Positions 25,358 through 36,610 of a DNA stretch of 64,000 bases are shown piece after piece. Where the stretch lies: NCBI RefSeq assembly GCF_032191835.1, contig NC_083226.1:132308001-132372000 (forward strand), read 5' to 3'. The notes under the pieces are model-generated. The model did no database searches and was not told the DNA's origin. It saw nothing but the letters and a program-made list of their open reading frames with translations. The translations under genes were made by a program, and so were the position numbers. Source of the DNA: Heteronotia binoei (lineage: Eukaryota). How positions within the stretch are numbered: the first letter of the stretch is position 1; the number at the start of each line of letters is the position of its first letter.

Positions 25358-25727
25358 GAGGATTCTGGCCCTTCTAAGAGCAAGGATGCTTGAGTGGTAA
25401 CAGGATCCTGGCTGCCTCCCTGAGCCAGCAATTAGCCCAAACGGGCAACAGCCAGCAGAGGGCTATATAGCTGTGGGCTTTGGGAGGAAGCTTTGTGGAA
25501 GCAACTAGTCATCTCCCTGACATTCTAGCATCCACTCCGGCTTGACTTTGGTTCCTGACTCCCTGACTTTGGCTTTGGACTTCTGGACTCCCTGACCTCG
25601 GCTTCTGGACCTCAGACCTGCGATACTTCTACAGTGATTCGGATTTGGCGCCTCGGACCCTCCTGCTTACTGGCTACAGACCTCGGACTGCCTCTGGACT
25701 TTGCCTGACCCGGCCCCAGCCGTGACA
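25135..25727 (+). repeat. 3' LTR (593 bp)
   Basis: Same sequence as 20211-20803, followed by CACTG. Confidence 0.96.
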
Positions 25728-26016
25728 CACTGCCCATAACTTGAACAAGTAAGAACCAATTCCAGTGGCTTAACATGAAAAGCCACCAACCACGAAAAAC
25801 ATCAACACTTTTTGCTAACCCCAGATAGGGAAAACAACAGTCAATATTTGTGAGTATGTATGTAATTGAGCATACAAAAAAGTAAAGACTCACTTCAAGA
25901 AGCTCCACTTAAAAATTAACAACAAAGTTATAAGAACAAAGCTATAAGAAAAGCCAAAAGTCAATGTACACAGGTATATTTAAATTTGAACTATAAAAAT
26001 ATAAAGACTTCATTAG

Positions 26017-26400
26017 GGTTTGTAGAATCTTTCGGGCTCAAGTGCTGTGTTCTACTGGAGAAAATTTTTCTTCCAGACGTTTCGTTCTCAGCTGCGGAGA
26101 ACATCCTCAGTGGCGTTGCAGCCGGAGCAGGCGCTCTGACCTTCTTGGCTGCTGTGCATTGAGTGGGGCCAAGGCTGCTGGAGAGCTGCTATTTCTAGGC
26201 TGGAGAGGGTGTGATTAAAGGGCAATTGGTTTGTGGATGTGCCCATTGTTTGGTGGAGCTTCCTGGAAGGGTAGTGATAAGGAAACTGGCTGTTGAATGT
26301 GACCATTGTTCTGTGTTAATTGCTGGGAGGGTTGGAAGGGGTGTGAAGATAAGGAAGATGGTTGTTGACTGTGCTGATTGTTCTGTGGAATGTGCTCGAC
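26017..26400 (-). mobile_element. Penelope-like element fragment inserted in the L1 inter-ORF spacer
   Basis: Contains the GAAACGTC-type hammerhead typical of Penelope pseudo-LTRs. Composition differs abruptly from the flanking L1. Boundaries approximate. Confidence 0.7.
26073..26113 (-). ncRNA. Minimal type I hammerhead ribozyme motif, intact core
   Basis: Minus strand: CCA-CTGAGGA-T-GTTCTC(CGCAGCT)GAGAAC-GAAA-CGTC-TGG. GUC cleavage triplet, palindromic ACGT stem III, stem I CCA/TGG. Confidence 0.82.
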
Positions 26401-28607
26401 TCAAACAGCAAAATGGAGCTATAAGAAAATCCGAAAGTCTCCGTTTCCCCTCCCTCCCATACCACAATATACAATTAATACAGATGTTATTTTTAACAGC
26501 CCAGCTTTTACACATTTTAAAGAAAAATATGCATAAATTTTAAACTGCCATCCCCCCCTTCCTTTAGCCGTGTGGACCTTTCATATAAAACCTTTTCCAA
26601 TTATAGAACATTTCCTTACATGAAGAAGCAAGAATCACACAACCAACCTCCCATTGCTAACATAGTTGGTCACAAACATCCATACAACAGCCTGAGTTTC
26701 AACAAGCCTATATATTTCCACAAGAAATTTCTAACCCCAACTGAGTTTATTGGCATAACCATACCCACCCACCTCAAAATTTCCAGAGATTTCATACAAG
26801 CTGAAAAGAAAATTCATCACACATCCAAACTCCTATTCTTACAGGTTTAAAACAAATTACCAGCATCCCAAACACTCTCTCTCTAGCATGCATACCAGAC
26901 AAATAAATAAGCAATCATAAATTTCATTATATTTCCAGACAAAACATTATCTCCTAACCATTTTTTCACACCACATAACATTAATTCCAAAGATTTCATA
27001 AAAGTTAAAAGAGAGTTCGACACACACCCAGACACACATTCTTCCAGAAGTAAATCAGAGTACCAATCACTCAGTCTCAACCAGCCATATCAGATAAATG
27101 AATAAACAATCCAAAATTTCATTGTATCTCCAGATAAAATAATATATCATAACCACTCTTTCACACCCCACATCATACATTTCTCATTCAAAACCACACC
27201 TCCAACAGTCATTCCTACAGCATCAGACAACATATTCATTTGACTTATATTACATAGTTAATACCATACATTTCTAGCCTCAATATACACAACACAGACA
27301 TAACGTACAAGGTACACCAAGAGAATTTGCTGTCATAATCACTCAGTTTAAGCATACCAGAGAACAAACTTGAAACATATATACCCAAACAAGCCAGCAA
27401 AAGTACATTCATAACTCTACCGTTGCATAATGTTTGAAGAGGAAGAGTCTTTATCTGACAAGAAAACAGATTCAACAGTTCAACTGCTAGGAATTGCAGG
27501 ACGAATAGGTCTATTCATAGGGACACGTCGCCATCTAGTGTTGAAAGACAGTGGGTGTTCCTGGGAGGCTGCTTCCAACAGTTCATCAGGAACGTGGAGT
27601 TTCAAGTTTCAAGTCATGTAGCAAGCCGATTCCAGATCCCAAGCCATAAATGTTTGATCTTGAATTATGACTTGCAATTTATAAAAAGCAATCCAGCGAT
27701 ACTGAATGTTCTCCTTATTCAGAATCTCAATAATTGGTTTCATAGTCCTAAGTCTCTGCAGAATTTCAGCTGACAAATCTTGCAAAATTTGCGTAGAAGC
27801 CTTGCGTAGAAGCTTGGCTTTAGTGGAAACGGTTGAAAAGTGGACTAGAATGTCTCACGGTTGAAAAGTGGACTAGAAGTCTTCTGCCTATGGATGGGGC
27901 CGATTCTATAAGCAGCTTCTAAAGTACCCAGTTCTAACTTGGAGAAGCCCAGCTCTTTTGATAGCCATTCATTAATAAGTCCTTTCAAGTCATTAGGAGA
28001 AGCTGAGTTCTCAGGGAGTCTGTGAATTTTAACGTTCCCCACTTTTAACTGGTTTTCAAGCATGATGATTTGTATCTGTAGCCCATTCTTCACGCTTGTA
28101 AAAATATTGTGTATCGTCTTGAGACATATTAAAAGCAGAGTCGGCCGTCTCCGCCACTTTTTCTAGAGAAGCTTGAAAAACTACCAGTTGGGCAGAAAGT
28201 GGCTGTATCATTGCAGATATTTTATCAGTCATATTAGTTTCCAAATTTTTAAAAGCTTTCATTACTTCTGATCGAAAAGCAGCAAGTTCATCTGACACAG
28301 TTTTCCCTCCTCCTGACGCCATTTTCTCAGATGAATTGGATGCCGCTCTCAGGGCCTTAGATCTGGGTCCTTTTGGAAAATAGTCCTTCACGGAGCCTTT
28401 TTGGTTTCTTTTTGCCTTTGCCTTTGCCTTTTGGCCTTCAGACGTTCCCATGCTATTTGCAAGTAAAAATCAGCGTAGCAGATGACGCTGGGCACTGTGG
28501 TGGTTAGGATTACAGGAGGCAAACGCGGAGCTTCGCTTTCAGGCGTCCATCTCCTAAGCCCGTGATGCCATGCCCCCCCACGAACCTTTTTTATTATTGT
28601 TGTGGAG

Positions 28608-28892
28608 GAGAGCCAGTTTGATGTAGTGGTTAAGCGTGCGGACTCTTATCTGGGAGAACCGGGTTTGATTCCCCACTTCTCCATTTGCAGCTGCTGGAAT
28701 GGCCTTGGGTTAGCCATGGCTTTCGCAAGAGTTGTCCTTGAAAGGGCAGCTTTTGTGAGAGCTCTCTCAGCCCCACCCACCTCACAGATTATCTATTGTG
28801 GGGGAGGAAGATATAGGAGATTGTAAGGCACTCTGAGGCTCTGATTCAGACAGAAGGGCAGGGTATGAATCTGAATTATTCTTCTTCTTCAC
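28608..28892 (+). mobile_element. tRNA-derived SINE
   Basis: GAGAGCCAGTTTGATGTAGTGGTTAAG...GGTTTGATTCCCC head and (CTT)n tail. Confidence 0.85.
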
Positions 28893-28928
28893 TAAGATGA
28901 GCAGTGAAATAATGCTTGCATTTTTCAG

Positions 28929-29183
28929 GTGGTTGACTGGGTGGAGCCATCTTTCACTGATTTCTGCAAGAGTACAAATTCCTCATCTAGTATCCTTCCC
29001 AAGAAGACGCCCACAGAAACTAATCTCCATCAGAAAAAAAAAGAGCATTTTTCTCGCCTGGAAAGCGGCAAGAGTGGGAGAAGAAAAGAGAAATCTTCTT
29101 CTAGAGATGAGAGAGATCACATTCCAAGACAGAATTGCAAAGAAATTGAACCATGGGTGGATAAATACAAACCAAAAACTCAG
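28929..29183 (+). CDS. RAD17: RAD17 exon (255 nt)
   Basis: VVDWVEPSF...EPWVDKYKPKTQ with TTTTCAG| and |GTGAAA. Confidence 0.93.
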
Positions 29184-30118
29184 GTGAAATTCAGTTTCTA
29201 ATTCCCTTTATAATACTAATTAAAAGTTACTTACTGAAGTGGCAACAAAACTCCCAGCTTATGAAGAATATTGTAAAGATATCTTACTGGTAAGAAGAAA
29301 ATGTTGTGTTTTGTGTCATGATTTAAGAGATCAGGATGGAAAAATGGAATTGAAATAAATTAGAATGGATTCAAAATATTATTCCTATTGTTGGAATGCA
29401 GATATTTGGAATGTTTTGCATTAAGCTGCTTTATTAATTTGTTACTAAAACATCACAACCTACAGTGAAATAAAATGGTTACCCTCACTTGCAATTTAGT
29501 AGTTTCTGATAGTTTAGAGGCTTAAATCATAGATAAGACCATTACTTAGTTTATTTACTGATGAAGGCATTTTATGAAGCCCTTTATTAGTGTTAGACAG
29601 GTGCAAATTATTCACACAAAGTCTGCACCATAAATGTTCAGGACTAATTGGATTATTTTCCTGGGTATTACTTGGAATTCTTGAACAATTAACCCAAATT
29701 CTAGGTTTGAGTCCAGATCAGATTGCTGTGCTGTGATCATAGCAGTGATATTAATTGCTGTAGATGTGAGCCTGCAACCATGGTCCTCCCTTCTACCAAG
29801 AAAAGTCAGGACGGTACAGTTTGTAGTTTAAAGGCTACAATTGGCTTCATATCCTGGACTTTGCTGAAAATGGTCACAAACTGGGGTTCTTCTGGGCCTC
29901 GATCAGTGTCAGGTGATCTGGGTGAATCTCAAATTGCTAGAATCCAGTCTAAACTGTTCCACATAGGTTAGGAACCCTGAATCTCATTATGAATTGAAAA
30001 CATCTATTTATTTAAAAAATTCAGGGCCTTTTGTAAAGTTCCATATTATATTTAACTATACAATTATGTCTTTTAATAATCAAATGTGCATACTTCTAAT
30101 GTTTTTCTTCTTTATTAG

Positions 30119-30202
30119 AATGAGCTTGCTGTACACAAGAAGAAAATTGAAGAAGTTGAAGTATGGTTAAAAGCTCAAGTATTTCAAAGGCAGACCAAGC
30201 AG
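30119..30202 (+). CDS. RAD17: RAD17 exon (84 nt)
   Basis: NELAVHKKKIEEVEVWLKAQVFQRQTKQ with AG/GT boundaries. Confidence 0.95.
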
Positions 30203-30404
30203 GTAGCATCTGATTTATCTTTAAACCTTCCAATGTTCATTTTGAAGGCTCTCTATTTTTTATAACTTACGGGCCATGGATTCCCATCTGTTAAAATAAA
30301 ACAATATATTTGAATAAATAATTATTCTTAAAAAGTTTGGACGAAATGAGTCATGAGAATAGCAGAATTCTGTAGGATATTTTAATTTTGTAGCAGAATA
30401 AAGT

Positions 30405-30680
30405 TAGAATACAGTAGCACCTTTAAAAACAACAGTTTTATTCAAGGAACAAGCTTTTGTGTGCATAAACACTTCTTCAGATAGAATGAAATGGAAGAAA
30501 ACCATTCAAATTTATAGACATGATGGAAAAGTAGATCAGCGTTATTTTTGCATAGGACAATAGTGCTATACCCAGTTTATAAATATAACACAGTGATCTG
30601 CTAAGAATTGATAGAAGAGAATGGAACACATATACTAAAAACAAAACTAATATGAACTTCATGTTGTCTAAGGTGGTACT
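30405..30680 (-). mobile_element. Penelope-like fragment with decayed hammerhead (30451-30483)
   Basis: Minus strand TAT-CTGAAGA-A-GTGT...CACAC-AAAA-GCTT, with core G12 changed to A. Confidence 0.55.
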
Positions 30681-30689
30681 GAGAAAAAT

Positions 30690-33600
30690 TCATTGTTTAA
30701 TGGCTTTTCTCCCTGCCCACCCTTAAACAGCTGGACATGCTTTTCTGCATTTGCTTTTTTCTAATGCAAAGATAAGGAATTCCCTCTTGGGATGGAACCA
30801 GAAAACAAAAGGTCGCTTGCATAGACCAATTACTGTAGTAACACAGGCAGCAGAGAGCTCTGGGATAGAGCTCTTTGCAGAGAGCTCTTTGTAGCAGAGA
30901 AGTGCTACAAGGGTGAGGTTTGTGGCTTAGCAGCTGGGGGAGTTGCTGAAAACTTCTGAGTTCGTGTGAAGGTGATTGTTGCTGATTGATTAGGAGTGAC
31001 TGTGTTCCCCACCCTCTTTGCATTATTAAGCTGCACCTTGCCAGAGGCGTGAGCCAAAGGGCGAGAGGTAAAGGGCTCTTGGCCTGTGGCTCTTAGCCTG
31101 GGGACCTATGTAAGAACTAGGAACCCAGATTCCTTGTGTTCCCAATAAGGTAAGCAGACTCTCCAGGCAGGGAGCCACATAAACAGGGTTTAAAAGAGGA
31201 ATGTATGTTTTTAAAAAGCTATCATGAAGGTAGAATGCCAGCAGGGGGTGGGGGCTTTCCAGTATTTTGCATTGAGTGTCGCATGTATGACTATCTGCTC
31301 ACAGGACAGAAGTCTTGGGTGTGTGCTTGATGCAAGGAGCTCCTGGTCCTCAGGTAACGAGTTCGTACCCTTGAGGCCGAGGTGACTGCCCTGGAGAAGC
31401 AGAGACAGTAAGACACTTGGAGAAGACTCTCGGGGACATGTTAGATGAGGCCCGCTCTAAACGTGGCAGCCCCGTTGCTGCCAGGGAGCATGAGGATCGA
31501 GAGGGAACAGGGCACCGGGCTGAGGATAAGGGGAATGCGCCCTCAGAAGGGACCTCTTCTTCAGTTGGTGAGCGGGAATCCTTTTGCGCCAAGGAACCAT
31601 CCCTGGGCAGGGAGAGAGGGGGGGTCTTGGTAGTTGGTGATTCGATCCTTAGGCAAGTAGAGAGCTGGGTGGCAAAACCGTGTACTGACCGTATGGTGAC
31701 TTGCCTGCCTGGTGCAAAGGTAGCGGACATTACGCGTGTAGTAGATAGGCTGATAGACAGTGCTGGCGAGGAGCCAGTGGTCGGGGTGCATGTTGGCACC
31801 AACTATGTGGGGAAATGCAGTGAGGTCCTGGAGGAAAAATTTAGGCTGCTAGGCGGGAGATTTAAGCCCAGGACCTCCAAAGTAGCCTTCTCAGAAGTGT
31901 TACCTGTTCCACGTGTAGGGCAGGAGAGACAGGCACAAATTAGAAGTCTCAATGTGTGGATGAGACGATGGCGTAAGAAGGAAGGTTTTAAGTTTGTTAG
32001 GCACTGGGATGCTTTCTGGAACAAGCGGGAGCTGTGCAAAAAAGATGGTCTCCACTTGTCCCTGGATGGAACCAGGCTGCTGGCGCTTAAAATCAAAAAG
32101 GTGGCAGAGCAGTTTTTAAACTAAATCTTGGGGGAAAGCCGACAGGAGATTAAATGTCTCTGGTTCGGGAGGACTCATCTCAAAGAGATGAAGGGTTAGC
32201 TGTTACTTTTCTACCAGGTAATGGACCAGAGTTGTCCACTGAGATGGTGACAAACAGAATGGACTGCCTGCCAGAGTCTCGAGGCGGCAGGAGGAAGGTG
32301 GCAGGCCTAGCTCGCCTGGGAAATTATAGATGTTTGTACACAAATGCTAGAAGTGTTCAAAGTAAAATTGGTGAGTTGGAATGTTTAGTGTTGGGAGAAA
32401 ACATAGACATTGTGGGAATTTCAGAAACTTGGTGGAATGAGGAGAATCAGTGGGACACGGTGATTCCTGGATATGAGTTATATCGGAAGGATAGGGAGGG
32501 AAGGGTTGGAGGTGGGGTGGCTCTGTATGTCAGAGAGGGCATACGGTCCAGTAAGACTGAGGTCAGAGAATTAGATTCCCTTCTAGAAATGCTTTGGGTT
32601 GAAATAGAGGGTCCAAAAGGAAATTTAACTATGGGAGTTTGTTATCGCCCACCAAATCAAAAGATAGAGGATGACTATAATATGATAGAAGGCTTAAAGA
32701 TAGTGTCGTCATAGGTGATTTTAACTACCCGCAGATTTATTTGGTCAATATGTGTTCTGGTCGAGAGAAAGAGATTGAATTTCTAGATGCTTTCAATGAC
32801 TGTGCTATGGAGCAGATGGTCTCTGAACCTACCAGGGGTGGGACGATCCTGGATTTGACCCTAAGTAATGCCCAAGACTTGGTGAGAGATGTAAAAGTGA
32901 TCGCCCCGCTTGGGAGCAGTGACCATAACGTTATTGATTTCACCATTTGTATAAATAGAGAGTTGCCCCAAAAGACCAGCACAACCACGTTTAACTTTAA
33001 AAGGGGTAAATTCTCTGAGATGAGGCATGTGAAGAGGAAACTGAAAGGAAAGGTAAATACGGTCAAAACCCTTGGGGAAGCTTGGAGGCTTTTTAAAACT
33101 ACAATCCTAGAAGCTCAGATAAAATATATACCACAAGTTAGGAAAGGCACAAACAGGTATAAGAGAAGGCCTGCATGGTTAACAAACAAAGTAATGGAAG
33201 CTGTAAAAGGACTCCTTTAAGCGGTGGAAAGCTAGTCCAAGTGAGATTAATAAAAGGGAACACAGGCAGTGGCAAATCAAATGCAAGACTGTGATCAGGC
33301 AGGCAAAAAGGGACTATGAGGAGCATATTGCAAAAAACATAAAGACCAACAATAAAAATTTCTTCAAATACATTAGAAGCAGGAAACCAGCCAGGGAGGC
33401 AGTGGGGCCCTTGGATGACCAAGGGGTCAAAGGATTACTGAAGGAGGATAGGGAAATGGCTGAGAAGCTGAATGCATTTTTTTTTTGCCTCCGTCTTCAC
33501 TGTGGAAGATGAGACGTGTTTCCCTCTCCAGAACCACTTATATTGGAAGGAGTGTTGAAAGACCTGAGTCAGATTGAGGTGACAAGAGAGGAGGTCCTAC

Positions 33601-35220
33601 AACTGATAGACAAATTAAAAACTAATAAGTCACCAGGTCCAGATGGCATACATCCAAGAGTTCTGAAAGCACTCAAAGTTGAACATGTGGATCTTCTGAC
33701 AAAAATATGTAATCTTTCATTGAAATCTGCCTCCATTCCTGAGGACTGGAAGGTAGCAAATGTCTCCCCCATCTTTAAAAAGGGTTCCAGAGGAGATCCG
33801 GGAAACTACAGACCAGTCAGTCTGACTTCAATACCGGAAAAGTTGGTAGAAACCATTATTATGGACAGAATGAGTAGGCACATTGATGAACACGAGTTAT
33901 TGAGGAAGACTCAGCATGGGTTTTCTAACTTGTTACATTTCTTTGAGGGGGTGAACAAACATGTGGACAAAGGAGACTCGATAGATATTGTTTACCTTGA
34001 CTTCCAGAAAGCTTTTGATAAAGTTCCTCATCAAAGGCTCCTTAGTAAGCTTGAGAATCATAGAATAAAAGGACAGGTCCTCTTATGGATCAAAAACTGG
34101 CTAATTAATAGGAGGCAGAGAGTGAATATGAATCGGCAGTCTTCGCAGTGGAGGACGGTAAGCAGTGGAGTGCCGCAGGGCTCAGTACTGGGTCCCATGC
34201 TCTTTAACTTGTTCATAAATGATTTAGAGTTGGGAGTGAACAGTGAAGTGGCCAAGTTTGCGGATGACACTAAATTGTTCAGGGTGGTGAGAACCAGAGA
34301 GGATTGTGAGGAACTCCAAAGGGATCTGTTGAGGCTGGGTGAGTGGGCGTCAACGTGGCAGATGTGGTTCAATGTGGCCAAGTGCAAAGTAATGCACATT
34401 GGGGCCAAGAATCCCAGCTACAAATACAAGTTGATGGGGTGTGAACTGGCAGAGACTGACCAAGAGAGAGATCTTGGGGTCCTGGTAAATAACTCATTGA
34501 AAATGTCAAGACAGTGTGCAATTGCAATAAAAAAAAAGCCAACACCACACTGGGAATTATTAGGAAGGGAATTGAAAATAAATCAGCCAGTATCATAATG
34601 CCCGTGTATAAATCGATGGTGCGGTCTCATTTGGAATACTGTGTGCAATTCTGGTCACCGCACCTCAAAAAGGATATTATAGCATTGGAAAAAGTGCAGA
34701 AAAGGGCAACTAGAATGATTTTAATGTTTGGAACACTTTCCCTATGAAGAAAGGATAAAACGTTTGGGGCTCTTTAGCTTGGAGAAACTTGGATTGCGGG
34801 GTGACATGATAGAGGTTTACAAAATTATGCATGGGATGGAGAAGGTAGAGAAAGAAGTCCTTTTCTCCCTTTCTCACAATACAAGAACTCGTGGGCATTC
34901 AATGAAATTGCTGAGCAGTCAGGTTAGAATGGATAAAAGGAGGTACTTCTTCACCCAAAGGGTGATTAACATGTGGAATTCACTGCCACAGGAGGTGGTG
35001 GCAGCTACAAGCATTGCCAGCTTCAAGAGGGGGTTAGATAAAAATATGGAGCAGTGGTCCATCAGTGGCTATTAGCCACAGTGTGTGTATATATATATAT
35101 GTGTGTGTGTGTGTATATATTTATATATATATAATTTTTTTGGCCACTGTGTGACACAGAGTGTTGGACTGGATGGGCCATTGGCCTGATCCAACATGGC
35201 TTCTCTTATGTTCTTATGAG
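30690..35220 (+). mobile_element. Near-full-length CR1 LINE with frameshifts and stops
   Basis: ORF1 has a CxxC...CxxC finger (from 31224) and SGNH esterase (VVGDSIL, HVGTN, DGLHL). ORF2 has endonuclease (YTNARS, CYRPP, SDHN), RT (YRPVSLTS, VPQGSVLGP, FADD) and the CR1 3' tail. 5' limit approximate. Confidence 0.9.
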
Positions 35221-35313
35221 AGATGTATTGGGTTGGATCCTAAAATGCACTTCTTTATGCAGAGGATATCTTCCACTCACAAAATGACAAATTGGTTTGG
35301 TATTTTGTTGCAG

Positions 35314-35470
35314 TGTGGCTCTATTTTATTATTAACTGGTCCCTCAGGCTGTGGAAAGTCTGCAACTTTGGAAATATTAGCTAAAGACCTTGGCATTCAA
35401 GTGCAAGAATGGATAAACCCTGTTTTAATGGACTTCAGAAAAGATGACTTCCAAGATGCGTTGAACAATG
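35314..35470 (+). CDS. RAD17: RAD17 exon (157 nt, Walker A)
   Basis: CGSILLLTGPSGCGKSATLEILAKDLGIQVQEWINP with AG/GT boundaries. Confidence 0.95.
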
Positions 35471-35651
35471 GTAAAATTTCTGTAGTTTCTCAATAGTTAA
35501 GCAATTAAAGAGTATTAAATATGTTCATATACTATCTTACTTGCAAGTGTTCAGAGAAGTCTGCCTCAATCATAAACTCCAGTTAACAATCAGATACAAA
35601 ATACAATGATAAAAGTAACAACACAGAAGCAAGCTAACCTGTTTTAATCAG

Positions 35652-35782
35652 ATTTTCAGGTATTGCCATATCAGAGCCAAACATCTCTCTTTCAAGATTT
35701 TCTGCTGAAAGCAAACAAATATACTAAGCTTCAGATGGTTGGTGACATTGTGAAAACTGACAAAAGACTTATTCTTGTGGAA
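35652..35782 (+). CDS. RAD17: RAD17 exon (131 nt)
   Basis: DFQVLPYQSQTSLFQDFLLKANKYTKLQMVGDIVKTDKRLILVE. Phase 1 in, donor |GTAAGT. Confidence 0.88.
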
Positions 35783-35924
35783 GTAAGTAGAAATGGTTGA
35801 CTTTAGCCCAGGATGTTTCTGTCTTTAATTATTCAAATTCTATCCTTCATTTCCTGATGTTTAAGTACTACTGAAACCGATGAATGAAACTTTTGCTTTT
35901 TGCTGTAATTATATTAGTTATTAA

Positions 35925-35998
35925 GATTATAAGAGAAGCCATGTTAGATCAGGCCAATGGCCCATCCAGTCCAACACTCTGTGTCACACAGTGGCAAA

Positions 35999-36060
<62 letters not shown>

Positions 36061-36100
36061 TCTGTGGGTAATAGCCACTGATGGACCTCTGCTCCATATT
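35925..36100 (-). mobile_element. CR1 3' tail with (TA)n(CA)n microsatellite (36002-36058)
   Basis: Reverse complement of the tail at 35040-35220. Confidence 0.8.
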
Positions 36101-36164
36101 TTTATCTAAACTCCAATCTAATATTTTTATCTAAACCCCAATTATTATTTAATTGTAATCCTTT

Positions 36165-36610
36165 AAACCCAGACTAGTTCAGACTAGTTAGTTGGAAGCT
36201 AAGCAGGGTAGCAGGATTTGATACCTTGGCTAGTGGGAGGGGGGAGGGGTGTTGTGGGGTTTTGTGGTGGGGGTTGGTGGGTTTTTTTTGCATTCTCTGT
36301 GTGTGTGCGCATGCACAAACGCACCTGTGCCTGGAAGTCATAGCATAGAGGACATTCAGAGAAGTGGCTTGATAGCCTGCCTCTGCCTTCTGAATCTGGT
36401 ATTCTCTGGAGGCCTCCCCTCTAAATACTTGCCAGGGTTGGGCCTGCCTAGTTTCCAAGATCTGATGAGATCAGGTTTACCTGGGCTATCAAAGTCAGGG
36501 GCAGCCTTGGTTGGTTTTTGGATGGGTGACCTTCAATGTATACCAGGGTTGTGATGAGAGGCAGGCAATAGTAAAGCACCTCTGAAATGTCTCTTGCCTT
36601 AAAAAACAAG
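36165..36610. mobile_element. Cluster of 5S rRNA-derived SINE pieces in alternating orientation
   Basis: GGAAGCTAAGCAGGG (+), CCAAGATCTGATGAGATCAGG (-) and CCTTGGTTGGTTTTTGGATGGGTGACC (+) resemble 5S rRNA internal sequence. Confidence 0.6.

Larger units (their letters stand above)
20211..25727 (+). mobile_element. Intact Ty3/Gypsy LTR retrotransposon, chromovirus of the Tf1/sushi group
   Basis: Two 593-bp TG...CA LTRs, 5-bp duplication CACTG (20206-20210 and 25728-25732), open gag and pol (PR-RT-RH-IN-chromodomain), polypurine tract before the 3' LTR. Confidence 0.97.
17200..28579 (-). mobile_element. L1-clade LINE, 5' end retained, decayed, interrupted by Gypsy, Penelope and L2 insertions
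   Basis: ORF1 from 28451 with NVKIHRLPE and ILQDLSAEIL...IQYRW (to about 27495). ORF2 ATG at 19967 (MAECQLKFLSLNCNGLNN), endonuclease QETHL/ARGVAILI/LGGDLN, RT YRPISLLNCDYKI, TRQGCPLSPLLF, FADD, and C-terminal CWKNCG...HCWWSCP. Confidence 0.88.

Noticed and set aside
20160-25431. Many overlapping and antisense ORFs across the Gypsy element (e.g. 20160-20507, 21201-21794, 24123-24743, 25045-25431)
   Set aside because: Expected shadows of GC-rich coding sequence, with no recognisable motifs.
35082-35132. Mixed (TG)/(TA) microsatellite, also at 36002-36058
   Set aside because: Ordinary expansions inside the CR1 3' tail.
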